A DNA stretch of 64,000 nucleotides from Azolla caroliniana (Eukaryota > Plantae > Polypodiophyta): NCBI GenBank assembly GCA_043228905.1, contig JBHGNT010000007.1, forward strand, positions 7,192,001 to 7,256,000, in the 5' to 3' direction. The position numbers and the translations under genes were made by a program. The notes under the pieces were generated by a model. It did not search any database. It was given only the letters and a program-made list of their open reading frames with translations, and had not been told where the DNA came from. Below, in pieces: positions 13,126 to 25,462 of this stretch; within the stretch, counting starts at the first letter, position 1, and each line of letters begins with the position of its first letter.

Positions 13126-15020
13126 AAATACAACAAAAGAATATCATAGAAGCTCAATAGAATCCCCTCCCCCCCGCCCCCCCGAAAAAGAAAAAAATTT
13201 GTACAAAATCATCATGTACATATAGGTACGTGACGACGCTAAGCCCATAGTGTGTATGTATGCGATGGATGAGTGAGACCCATATGAGAAAAGAGAATGA
13301 AGACGACGCAACATTTATCCCACATACAAAAGAAGGCAAATAGATGAAGGCATATATATGAGTAAGTGGAAGAGAGAGAACTTCATCCCGGGTGGTTCTG
13401 TACCTGTAACCCTCACAAGGGGGGATTTGGGGGGCTGTGTGGAGGCATGGCTCCGCTGGGCTAAGGACCGGCAGGCGGCGCATCTGAATGGGCGCGCCCG
13501 CTCCAAGCAGAGAGTGGCGGCGGGCGTCTCGCCGGAGGGTGAGGCGTCCGGCGCCTTGAAGTGGCGGGGTACCGCGTGTAAGGCCGGCGACGGAGCAGCG
13601 ATCACCCTCCTCTCTCGGCGGTGGAGGGGCTAAGGACCGGCAGGCGGCGCATCTGAATGGGCGCGCCCGCTCCAAGCAGAGAGTGGCGGCGGGCGCCTCG
13701 CCGGAGGGTGAGGCGTCCGGCGCCTTGAAGTGGCGGGGTACCGCGTGTAAGGCCGGCGACGGAGCAGCGATCACCCTCCTCTCTCGGCGGTGGAGGGACC
13801 ACGCCGCCCTTGCGCCCCTGCTGACCATCCTCTCAGAGCCGCCACTGTCCGCCACGGCCTCCCCCAACCAAACCTTTTTCTTCTGCTTCTTCTTCCTTCT
13901 TCGTTTGTCTGTCTCCCAAACACCTTTTCTTCTTCTTTGACTTCGATCGAGTTAGGATGTTGTATATAGTGAGTGCAGTGGGGTAATCGTGGATGTTGGT
14001 TTACAACATGAAAAGGATGATGATGATGATGGTTTTTAGGGTTTTGAATTGTTTAAATTCAAATTTTCGTGTGTGCAAAAATAGTTGTGATTATTATTAT
14101 TAAATGGTTTCATCTAGTTTCAAATTTTGCTTTCCCTTTCTCGTGACAATTTGATTTCACATTTCCCGTAATGATTTCGTTTAAATGGCTTCTTGGTAGG
14201 TAGCTCTTAAACAATTCGGTATATAGCTTTTTTATTTGGTTTCAATGGCTCCTTGGTAGCTCTTACAAACTTTGGTTTCAAGTCCAAGAAATCAAAACAT
14301 TAAGTTAAAAATAATAAATCATTGACACCAATCAATCGTAGTTTGAGAACCCAAATTGAATCGAATCTTTTAAGAATATTCGAACCCATAATAACTTTAG
14401 CTTGACTTAAACCAACAATGTTCATAACTACCCAAATGTGATCCACAATCATTCATGAGTTCGAGTAGGCATCCAAAATGGTGTCACGACCATGAATGTT
14501 GAGTAGAACCATTCGGGACTTGAACCAAGGAAGAGATGACTTCAATAATGTGGTGTTGTCAATGAAGGATTGTGGAGTTTATGTTTCTTGATTGGTGGTG
14601 CAACCATTGTGTACCAAGGACAATTTGATACAATTCACCCTTCTATGTGCATTGTGTGGTTTGAATAGGTAGATAAGGGCATATGAGAAATAAATGTCCA
14701 TGTATGTGTTTTTGTGCGTGCTGATATTGTATGTCGTTGTTGAGTTGACTTATATAAGTATTTTTAACTTTATGTGCCTAAATATGAGCATTTGCGATTA
14801 TGAGATATTATTGATATGTGAATGTTTATTTGTGCATGTGAGTGTCTTGAAGTGTTGAGAGTGCTTGGAAGTAGGTGTAAATGTGTGATTAGGTGTTTCA
14901 ATGCTAAATTTTATGAGAGAAGCCTAGAAGAGTTTAGGAAACAAATTTTAGTTATGCATGTATTTTATTTATAGAGGAGGGGTATTTTTGGATCACAAAC
15001 CCTAGGATTACTGGTAGTTA
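13126..15020. repeat. Copy 1 of a ~1.9-kb direct segmental duplication
   Basis: Highly similar to 22254-24075, from AAATACAA..AAAAGAATATCA to CAAACCCTAGGATTAC. Confidence 0.9.
13404..13828 (-). pseudogene. Frameshifted copy of an orphan first exon (MVSRGARAAWSLHRRER...)
   Basis: Same exon as 22539-22794 but with an internal 169-bp tandem duplication (CTAAGGACC at 13461 and 13630) that shifts the frame; donor AG|GTACAG retained. Confidence 0.65.
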
Positions 15021-16051
15021 TAAGTTGCCAAGTTATAGGTTGAACTTTGAGCATTGTTGTGAGGTCATGTCTGTGAATCGGGAATGCATTGGGCCCCTAT
15101 TCCTTAGTGGAGTGAGCATGTTCCCACTATTGAGTAGCACCTTCACAGAATTGAATTCTACAAGGTTTTATACCGTTGTGAGCTTGATTTCCATGAATAT
15201 AGATATTCTTTTGTGCACTTTTGTGACTAAGCAATTGTTTCCTTCCATGTTTGATCATTGTCCGGATTGGATGAACATGCACCCGTTTTGATAGCCCTCT
15301 CCTACACCAAAGACACCCTCAATACTACAAGTCTAGTGGTGCAAAGCTTCTGTGATGCACACACAAGACAACTGCTAGCAAGCACCGAATGGGTAGTTTA
15401 GGCAAGGACCATTAATTGAACACCCAGACCGGTTCGCCCGACACTCCCCACTATCCTTCCACAACAACTGTCACTCTCTTAAATCGGATCACATCTAGCG
15501 GAACTTGAACACGATAGATATTACTGAGGTTAGGTTGGGGGAGTACGATCTTGTATGGGACTTATGAGGGTCACTATCACGATTCTTAAGAGGCCGAGGA
15601 AGTTCTCTCTCACTTCATTGATTTTGAAGAAGACCAAATTCCAATCTATGTCTTGTGAGGTGAACAACACAAATCCACAACGGGATACTAAGGACGACCA
15701 AGCAAACCCGAGCTAAAGTGTTTTAATTGCCAATGTCCACTTATGGTGGGTGAGTGCCCAACAAAACACGAATACTACAATCACATGGCACAAAGAATGC
15801 GGTATACTCAACACAAGATGCCTCCATCACAACAACTAGTGAACCACCTAAACCAATAGACACAAGAGCTTATTGTGATGTTCCAACGAGAAGTGTCATG
15901 CCCAGGATGTGAACGAGAACCTCTAGTGGCCCGAGAAAAGAAGAGAATGGGCATAACTTGCTCTCAATACTCCCATCAACGATGAAAACTAATGTTTTCA
16001 CACATACCCAAAGAATTTTTCACAATCTCCAACATCAAGAGTAGGGACCAA

Positions 16052-16376
16052 TGTGTGGAATATGGGTTCATAATCAACGTATTCACACTATCCCTTTGGA
16101 TAGATGAGGTTTAGGACAATTATGTCAAAGGGCAGTTGCCCTAGCCTAGTCAGTATATAACTGGCTTTGTAACCTAGTTCATGATGATGTTGATAGTGCC
16201 ATTCTTGTATTGTAACCTTTGGAATAAGACAGTTACATTGTGTGCCTCTTTGTCTCTCTCTCACACTTTGTCTCCTTGATCTTGCTTCAACTTGTTAACT
16301 TGGTGGTCTTCTTAACATAGATGATGTTCTTGTTTACGCATTGATGGTCTTAGTCTCCAACATATGGTATTAGAGC
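16052..16376 (+). mobile_element. Short LTR followed by a tRNA-Met-type PBS
   Basis: TG..CA-bounded ~310 bp with TATATAA, followed by TGGTATTAGAGC (11/12 match to the canonical iMet PBS) at 16365-16376. A purine tract at 16892-16904 may be a PPT. Confidence 0.55.
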
Positions 16377-16940
16377 TTGGTTTTATATTCTTTTGCTGGC
16401 CGCCACCTGTCTTCAACAACATCCTTGTGCTTGTCTTCTTGAAGACCCTGAGTTCAGCAATCAAGATCGACCAACGAGTCGACTTGGTAGTCGACTAGAT
16501 GGATGGAATGAAGAGTCGACCAGTCGAGTAGACTAGATCGATCAGTAAGTCAAAGGACAATAGGTGGACTAGTCGGGTTGACCAGATGGTTGAAAACAAG
16601 GCCGATTAGTCAAGCTATCTGGATAGTTGAATACACTAGACTGTCGACTTGTGGGTCGGATAGTCGGGTCGACCAATTGGCTGATTAACTATTATTATAA
16701 TATAATAATACCTTATTCACATCTATAAATATGTAGAGCAAGGGCAAACTTTGTGTAGAGCGGTAAGGGTGGAACAGTGTTGTAGTAGTGTAATATAGTA
16801 GTGCTACAGAGCAAAGGAAACTTGCCAATACCCTTAGTAGGTATTCTCTGGTCGGAAAGCAAAACAGAGTTGCATTTCACTCAAGACAGCCAAGGAGAAG
16901 AGAATGTGCACTAGAATTAGTCCACACGGATGTATGCTAT

Positions 16941-19120
16941 TGTTGGGAAAATAGGTCCCTCCGGATGGGAAGAGTATGAGCCGAATTGAATAGAGAGTCA
17001 CAAGAAATTTGGCCAAGGCCGAAATAAAAAATAAAAAATAAAAAATCGAATGATCGATTTAGTAGCCAATTCGGGAGACTAATTTTATAACTAGTCTTAA
17101 TGTGCCCATGTGGGCCACATTTGTAAATAGCCCAGAAAGTTATATCAGTATAAATACAACTAGGGCAAACTTTATGGTATAGTTGTGAGTCATTATTGTT
17201 GTATAGTTATAGTGTGTAGTTGCCTCTATACTTGTGAGTGAGAGAGAGTGAGAGTAGGAACTCTGTCGCCGTTTGTTTGACAAAGACGAGCTCGAGGTTG
17301 TTGCCTCCGAGTCTCCCTGTACTCCTCTCCGTACACATAGTGATTTGTTTCTTGGGGTTTGTGGACCCCTGTGGTTTTTCCCTTTCGGGTTTTCCACGTA
17401 AACATTATGTGTCTCTACTCTCTGTTATCTGTTTTGTTTGTACACTATCTTTCACGTTCTTTGCACCCGCATTCTCATACGAAGCAACTGGTTGTGGTCG
17501 GATCAATTCTCAACAATTATGTGGATGCTCATTCACATAGTGGTGGACAATACTTCGTAACATTCATTGACGACTACAATGGAAAGTTCTGGGCTTTCTT
17601 GCTAAAATCAAAAGATCAAGTGCTATCAGTCTTTAAGGAATTTCAAGCTAGAGCTGAAAGGGAGTCTGGTGGAAAGTTGAAGGTTGTCTGGACTGACAAT
17701 GGTGACGAGTACAAATGATAGTTTGAGGAGTATTGCAAGACCCAAGGCATAAGGCTAGAATATACGATACCTAAGACCCCTGAACTTAATGGTCTTGCAG
17801 AGAGGATGAATCGAATAATAAGGGAAAGAGTGAGGAGCATGTTCTCACATGCAAAGCTTCTAGCATCGTATTGGGCTGAAGTTATGTTGACAACAGCCTA
17901 TCTAATTAACATGTCTCCCTTAGTGCCCCTAAAAGGTGATGTCCCACGTGTGTGGATAGGTAAAGATGTGTGTTATCGACACTTGAAAGTGTTCGGATGC
18001 CTGTCATATATGCATGTTGCTAAGGATCAGAGGTTGAAGCTCGACAACAAGTCGAAACCATGCATATTCCTAGGGTATTCAAAGGATGAATTCGACTACA
18101 AGTTGTGGGATATACTCCACAAGAAAGTGGTGAGGAGTCAAGGCATAGTATTTATGGAAGACAAGACTATTGAAGACTGGAAACAGTAGAAGTTGGAGTT
18201 GTCTTCCTTGTCGACTCCCACTTCTATGGACTCAGGACTAGTCGTCTCTACACAATCGGCTTATATGAGACAACCAATCGACATAGTTGAATCTGAATCA
18301 GTCGACTCAGAGCCACTGACTATTACATATGAGTCGGAATTGGCTGACCTACCGAGATTGATTGAGGAATACGAGTCAGAGCTAGATGATCTTTAGCAAC
18401 CGACAAATACATATGACGTCGAGCCGAATAAAGAGTCGACAAAAACAACATGACCTAAGTTGACCATGGGAGATAGACGATATCCATTTAGACAAAGGAG
18501 AGCACCATCTCGATATGCTAGCCAATATGTTTTATTGACTGATGACGATTAGCTAAAAAGTTACGAAGAAGCCATGGCAGGAGAAGTGGCAAAGAGCAAT
18601 GCAAGATGAAATGGACTCCTTGTATGAAAATTACACTTATGACTTGGTAGAATTACCGAAAGGTAAGAGAGCCTTGAGAAACAAAGGGGTCTTCAAGCTG
18701 AAAAATGGGGAAGATGATAACTCACCTAGATACAAGGCCCGAATTGTAGTAAAGGGATTTCAACAGAAGAAAGGGCTCAACTTTGATCAGATTTTTGCAC
18801 CAGTCGTAAAGATGACATCCATTCAAACAATGTTAAGTATTGCTGCCAGTATGAATATGTAAATAGAGCAATTGGATGTAAAAACAACATTCCTATATGG
18901 GAATTTGATGAAGAAATCTATATCCTACAAACCGAAGGTTTTGTGGAGAAATGAATATGCCGCAACCCGAAGAGCTTGTATGGTCTGAAGCAAGCTCCTC
19001 GCCAATGGTATAAGAAGTTTGAATCCTTCATGTTGGAACATGGATTCCATAAAACACAAGCTGATTATTGTGTGTTTGTCAAAGGTATAATGATGGCGTC
19101 TTCTTGATTCTCATGCTATA
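16941..19120 (+). mobile_element. Deleted Ty1/copia element: 5' LTR (~16941-17495) plus integrase and RT remnants
   Basis: LTR start TGTTGGGAAAATAGGTCCCTCCGGATGGGAAG matches the solo LTR at 38782-39741 (rc). Integrase motifs YFVTFIDD, TDNGDEY, TPELNGLAERMNR, LKVFGC, CIFLGYS; RT motifs RYKARIVVKGFQQ, YGLKQAPRQW. Many stops; gag/protease missing. Confidence 0.9.
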
Positions 19121-19577
19121 GCTATTGTTAGTAGCTAGTTAGCTACTGCCATCCGGTTGTAGCTTTGGCCAATAGCTAGCTAGTTATTATTAGTAGCTAG
19201 TTAGCTATTACCATCCGGTTGTAGCTAATTAGCTATGATAATCCGGTTGTAGGTTTGGCTAGTAGCTAGTTAGTTATTGCTAGTAACTAGTTAGTTATTG
19301 CTAGTAACTAGTTAGTTATTGCTAGTAACTAGTTAGCTATTGCTAGTAGCAAGTTCGCTATTACTGATAGCTAGTTAGTTATTGCCAGTAGCTAGTTAGC
19401 TATTGCTAGTAGTTAGTTAGCTATTACCAATAACTAGTTAGTTACTGCCATTTGCTTGTAGCTAATTAGCTATGATCATCGGTTGTAGCTTTGGCCAGTA
19501 GCTAGTTAGCTATTCCCACTAGCTAGTTAGCTATTACCGATAACTACTTAGCTATTACTAGTAGCTAGCTAGCTACT
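19120..19577. repeat. AGCTAGTTAGCTATT-type degenerate minisatellite
   Basis: Many ~21-bp variants of GCTAGTAGCTAGTTAGCTATT; a related tract lies at 56560-56765. Confidence 0.85.
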
Positions 19578-19589
19578 CGCCCGTCCATT

Positions 19590-21530
19590 CTTTCTAACCG
19601 CCTTTGCTACCGTCTCTGTCATTGTCTGTCGACCGCCCGCTGTCTTATCATTGTTTTCATCTCTGTTGCTTTTTTGGCGTCAATGTCGTCGTCTCGTCGC
19701 TCCCGGTCATTCTGTTCATTTGTCTGGCCCGTTCCGGTGTCGCCATTGCCGTCGTCGTCGCTTGCCCGTCTTTATCCGGACCTATCCACTGGCTTCGTTT
19801 CCGTTTCCACCATTCTTCGGAGCTTGTCTTTTTCCTTCAATAGCTTCTCTCTTTCCTCCTTCAGCCAGTCGTTGTTCAATTGACTCTTCCGGAGACATTC
19901 CTCAGTCCTCTGTTTCTCTTCTTCGGCTGTCTTCCTCTGTGCTCTCTCTTTCTCCCTTAATGCTTCTTGAGTGGGTAGTTCCTCCCTTAGTGTTAGCATT
20001 TCCTATTCCCACTCAACATCTTTTACCGGGGTGTTGGCCTCCGGTTGTGCATCCGTTTTCGGAGCTTCCTTCTGTAGATTGGTCGGTTCTACCGGCTTTG
20101 TTCCGGAGGCTGTGTTTTGGCCCATCTTTGACATGAGGACCCCGAACTCCTTAGCCCTTGCCAACTCCTCCTCTAGCCTCCGAATCTGATTCCTGGCCTT
20201 ATCCAACTCGTCAGTGGTTGTCAGCAATTGTTCCACTCGGCGCCGCTCCACTCGTTGTTCTTCATCCATCTGGTCCGCCACACCGGATATCTGCTTGCCA
20301 AGACATTCTAACCATTGTCGGCAAGTTCCGTGTTGTGTGATTGTAATGAACTGATGCACTAGCTCTGGTCGCAATTCTTCCTCCTCCTAAGCCATTGTCC
20401 AAACGATGCTTCTTGCTCCGGTGTCCCCTCCGGTTGGCGTTCCTCTTGTTGATATTGCCCTAGAAGACCCGATCAGGTAAGTCTTTTTGTAACTAGTTCC
20501 TGTTGAATTGTTGCCACCGCTTTTGGTCTTGTTACTAACTCGGCCTCCGTGCTGGGTTCCACCACCGATGAGCGGGGAATCGGTGTGTTGTCCTTTTCCA
20601 GACCTGATCCTTCCCCATTCTACTCACTGTTGTGCTTCCTTGGGCAATGTTGGAGGGTTTCGGCTGGTTCTTCCTCAGCCTCCTCTTCCATGATTTCTTG
20701 GTGTACCCTTCGTACCAGGTCTTCCTAGTCCCTGTCATGCCGTCACAACTTTATCTTGATTGGTGTCGCCACCTTTTCCTGAACTTTATCCACTAGCTCC
20801 TGCATCCGGTTTGCCTATGCTTCCTCTTCCCTCCAAGAAAATTCTCCTGCTGTCCATCCAGGGGTGTGTTTCGCTAGGAGCTGCTGTCATTTGGATGACT
20901 ATTTGGTGTAGTTTCTAGCCGGGCTCGCTTCTTTGGCTTGATGACTCGTGTTGGGGGTATCAATAGTGTTAGCCACTATGCTAATCCGCCCCATGCCTTC
21001 TTCCCATCCATTTTGGATGCTATTCTTGCATGTAACGAGTCAACCACAATCACCGACCAATCCACCTTGAGGCCTTCGAATGTTGCGATTATGAATCTGG
21101 CCCTGTTTTTCGGCATGGCAGGTGCTCGAGGGTGCACAAATTCATATTCCAACAGGACAAGAGCTACTTCCCGGAACAGGGGATTCTCGCCACGTTGTGT
21201 CCAGTAAGCCTTGCTAGCTATGGAGTATTCGCTAAAGTACTTGGTCAGGATTTCTGTGGACAGATTTTCGATGGAGCACATGCCTCTGGCAGGTAACCCA
21301 AAGAGGGCATGCACTGTGCCTTCAGAGATTTTGTTGAGGTCGATCATTGCTGGGACCTTCTTCGGTTGCGGTTGTGCAGTTGGGCTTGGTTGGTTGCCTG
21401 TGCTCGTCTGGAAATCTGCGCACTCTATTGTGCTCTCAAGATCTTGCGTTCGCGAAATGAGACTCCTCCATTCATCCGGAAGTTCTATGCCCCCATTTTT
21501 CGCCGCCGCCTTTTCTTGACTCCCACGCAT
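19590..21530 (-). pseudogene. Disrupted transposon-associated accessory ORF (globular N-terminus, coiled-coil C-terminus)
   Basis: GC-richer block. Collinear ORF pieces 21530-20976 (MRGSQEK..FEGLKVDWSVIVVDSL), 20374-20003 and 19999-19772 (E/K/R-rich, coiled-coil-like) are separated by stops and frameshifts; no introns evident. Confidence 0.55.
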
Positions 21531-22253
21531 GCTCGACGTGTACAATAATAGCATGATGACACCGCAAAGGTGAGCTTTAAATGGGTTGACGTCACACCTT
21601 TTCATTGTGACCGTTCAAAATCTCGAATAATATATTATTCTTCTTTTTTCCGCATGCAACTTCTGTATGATATCTTTTTTCACTAGGTACGGCTAGAAGT
21701 ACCTCACCGTACTGAGTGACGTTAGGTCATTCATTGGTGCCTCACTAGACTGGCTCCGTAGTCGACGGAAGTTCACCGGTCACTGCGTCATCACCGGTTT
21801 TCTGGTTCTGCCGTTCCTCCGGTTTTTGGAACGGGTTCATGGAGCAGAAAGTAAGTGGGATGTGTGTTGCATCCAAGATGGTGAAGATGCCAAGTTATCC
21901 CAAAATGTGGGGTCAATGAAAAAGTATAAACATCATGATGGTTGAATTCTAGGTGGTTTGCTAGAGGGATCAAATACTTTGTAGAACCAACAAGTTGGAC
22001 TATTGCATGGATGTAAAGTGGACTTGTCCTTCATCTTTTAATTGTAGAGGTATGGTAAGAAGAATAGGTTCACCTTGGTTTTGACTTTGAAGTTGGTTTG
22101 GTAACCGAATACATGTGCGAATAATGACTCTACCCCCAAATGATAGATAAACTTTCTTTTGGGACATTGCATTGACCACTACACAATGTAAAGGGGGTTG
22201 TATTACATATATGAAAATATAAGAATCTAATGTAGTTCGACATAAGTCAACTA

Positions 22254-24075
22254 AATACAATAAAAGAATATCACAAAAGCTCATTAGAATCCCCCCCAAA
22301 AAAATTTGATTTACAAAATCATCATATATACGTACGTGACGACGCTAAGCCCATACATAGTATGTTAATGTACATATGTATGTGTATGTATGTATGCGAT
22401 GGATGAGTGAGACCCATATGAGAAAAGAGAATGAAAGACGTCGCAACATTTATCCCACATACAAAAGAAGGGACATAGATGGAGGCATATATATGAGTAA
22501 GTGGAAGTGAGAGAACTTCATCCCGGGTGGTTCTGTACCTGTAACCCTCACAAGGGGGGATTTGGGGGGCTGTGTGGAGGCATGGCTTCGCTGGGCTAAG
22601 GACCGGCTGGAGGCGCATCTGAATGGGCGCGCCCGCTCCAAGCAGAGAGTGGCGGCGGGCGTCTCGCCGGAGGGTGAGGCGTCCGCCGCCTTGAAGTGGT
22701 GGGGTACTGCGTGTAAGGCCGGAGACGGAGCAGCGATCACCCCCCTCTCTCGGCGGTGGAGGGACCACGCCGCCCTTGCGCCCCTGCTGACCATCCTCTC
22801 AGAGCCGCCACTGTCCACCACGGCCTCCCCCAAAACAAACCTTTTTCTTCTGCTTCCTTCCTTCCTTCTTCGATGGAGTAGCCGGCCGGTTGGCTTGGCT
22901 TTCTGCTTCTTCTTTGACTTCGATCGAGTTAGGATGTTGTATATATTTAGTGTGCAGTGGGTTAATCAATCAACAAATAAACACGAGCCATGTTGTTGGT
23001 TTACAACATGAAAAGGATGATGATGATGGTTTTTAGGGTTTTGAATTGTTTAAATTCAAATTTTCGTGTGTGCAAAAATAGTTGTGATTATTATTATTAA
23101 ATGGTTCGATCTAGTTTCAAATTTTGCTTTCCCTTTCTCGTGACAATTCGATTTCACATTTCCCGTAATGATTTCGTTTAAATGGCTTCTTGGTAGCTCT
23201 TAAACAATTCGGTATATAGCTTTTTTATTTGGTTTCAATGGCTCCTTGGTAGCTCTTAAACAATTCCGTATATAGCTTTTTTATTTGGTTTAAATGGCTC
23301 CTTGGTAGCTCTTACAAACTTTGGTTTCAAGTCCAAGAAATCAAAACATTAAGTTAAAAACAATAAATCATTGACACCAATCAACCGTAGTTTGAGAACC
23401 CACCAAATTGAATTGAATCATTTAAGAATATTCGAACCCATAATAACTTTAGCTTGACTTAAACCAACAATGTTCATAACTACCCAAATGTCATCCACAA
23501 TCATTCATGAGTTCGAGTAGGCATCCAAAATGGTGTCACGACCATGAATGTTGAGTAGAACCATTCGGGACCTGAACCAAGGAAGAGATGACTTCAATAA
23601 TGTGGTGTTGTCAATGAAGGATTGTGGAGTTTATGTTTCTTGATTGGTGGTGCACACATTGTGTACCAAGGACAGTTTGATACAATTCACCCTTCTATGT
23701 GTATTGTGTGGTTTGAATAGGTAGATAAGGGCATATGAGAAATAAATGTCCATGTATGTGTTTTTGTGCATGTTGATATTGTATGTCGTTGTTGAGTTGA
23801 CTTATATAAGTATTTTAAACTTTATGTGCCTAAATATGAGCATTTGCGATTATGAGATATTATTGATATGTGAATGTTTATTTGTGCATGTGAGTGTCTT
23901 GAAGTGTTGAGAGTGCTTGGAAGTAGGTGTAAATGTGTGATTAGGTGTTTCAATGCTAAATTTTATGAGAGAAGCCTAGAGTTTAGGAAACACATTTTAG
24001 TTATGCATGTATTTTATTTATAGAGGAGGGAGGGGTATTTTTGGATCACAAACCCTAGGATTACAGGTAGTTAAG
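22254..24075. repeat. Copy 2 of the ~1.9-kb direct segmental duplication
   Basis: Matches 13126-15020 without the 169-bp internal duplication; ends where gypsy integrase sequence begins. Confidence 0.9.
22539..22794 (-). CDS. Putative orphan first coding exon encoding an 85-aa organelle transit-peptide-like sequence
   Basis: GC-rich island. ATG at 22794 follows a GA-rich leader and an upstream telo-box (AAACCCTAA, ~23033-23041). Peptide MVSRGARAAWSLHRRERG...RARPFRCASSRSLAQRSHASTQPPKSPLVRVT is R/S/A-rich. Ends at AG|GTACAG (phase 1) and is followed by T-rich intron-like sequence; no dedicated downstream exon found. Confidence 0.5.
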
Positions 24076-24760
24076 AAATCACTAGTGAAGAAACCGTTGC
24101 GATTGTTATGGGTGAAAAATTTCGACATCATGGTTTTCCCGACAGTATCATCAGTGATTGTGGACTGCAATTTGTCTCTAAAATTTGGAAGCATCTCTTT
24201 AAAATGATGAAGGTCACATGCAATCTCTCCTCCAGCTGTCATCCCCAAACAGATGGACAAGCAGAATGCACCAATCTAACATTGGAACAATATCTTCGGT
24301 GTTTTCTAAGCTACCAACAAGATGATTGGGCAGATATTCTACACTTTGCTAAATTTGCTTATAATAATTCTATCCACGCCTCTACTAGGGTTACACCATT
24401 CTACGCTTATCATCCTTGTTGGTGTGTATTAGAAACTCCTGAGTTACTTACAAATCCTAGTGCAGAGGATCATTTGGAGCGGTTATGACGAATTTAGGCA
24501 GAAATATCTACCAACCTACATTGCGCCCAACAAACACAGAAGGACTATGCGAATCATCATCAACTTCCATCCTCTCTTAATATTAGATATCGAGTATGGC
24601 TATTACGACGACACATCAAGACTACTCGACCGTGTGACAAACTGGATTATCGATGGTTAGACCTTTTCCGTATTAACGAAAAACTTAATGATGTTACTTT
24701 TCGCCTTGATCTACCTCCGCAACTACGGATACATCCGGTATTTCATAGTTCTCTCTCCTT
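24076..24760 (+). mobile_element. Ty3/gypsy (chromovirus/Tf2-like) integrase fragment
   Basis: HGFPDSIISDCGLQFVS, HPQTDGQAECTN, EQYLRCF, FAYNNS and LRIHPVFH motifs, with stops. Confidence 0.88.
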
Positions 24761-24859
24761 CTCTCGTGAGTCTCCACACACTTTTCCCCTTCTTAGTACT
24801 AATCCTCATTCTTTCTCTCTATCTTTAGTACTAATTCTCCCTATCTCTAGTGATAGAAA

Positions 24860-25462
24860 TAGAGCTCAACGACAACCGAGTTCCAGAATGCTAATGGAAG
24901 ATTAAACAGAAAATTTGATACGGTCCCCTTTGACGATCAACACGTCGTCCACGTATAGCAGTAGTATCAGGAAGTCTCCTCCGTCAAACGTCTTCATGAA
25001 TACGCACTGGTCAGCCCACGTCTTGTGGTATCCTTAATCGGTCATGAAGAAGTCAAACTTCCAATAACATTGTCGGGGTGCTTGCTTCAGTTCGTATAAG
25101 CTCTTCTTCAACCGGCATACCAGGTTCTCCTTCCCTTTCTTGATGAATCCTTCCGGTTGTTGCATGTAGAATTCTTCTTCGAGGTAGCCATGTAGGAACG
25201 TCGTCTTGACGTTTAGTTGCTCTACCTCGAGGTCCATGCTTGCCGCTATGCTCAACACCGTCCGGATGGATGTCATCTTGACTATCGGGGCGAAGATCTC
25301 ATCGAAATCCACTCCTTTCTTCTGTTTGAAAGCCCTTCACCACAATGCGGGGTTTGTATCTCGGTGGATTTCCGACGTTTCTTGGTTTTAGCTTATACAC
25401 CCACTTGTTCCAGAGCACTCTCTTTCCTTTCGGCAGCTCCGTCAATTCATATGTATGGTTCT
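24860..25462 (-). mobile_element. Ty1/copia RT fragment
   Basis: ELPKGKRVLWNKWVYKLK, FDEIFAPIVKMTSIR, YELKQAPRQ and LLLYVDDVLI on the minus strand; interrupted by the LTR at 25463. Confidence 0.9.

Noticed and set aside
13126-24075. The two 1.9-kb direct repeats as LTRs of one retrotransposon
   Set aside because: No TG..CA termini, PBS, PPT or TSD, and the interior is a mixture of unrelated fragments in both orientations.
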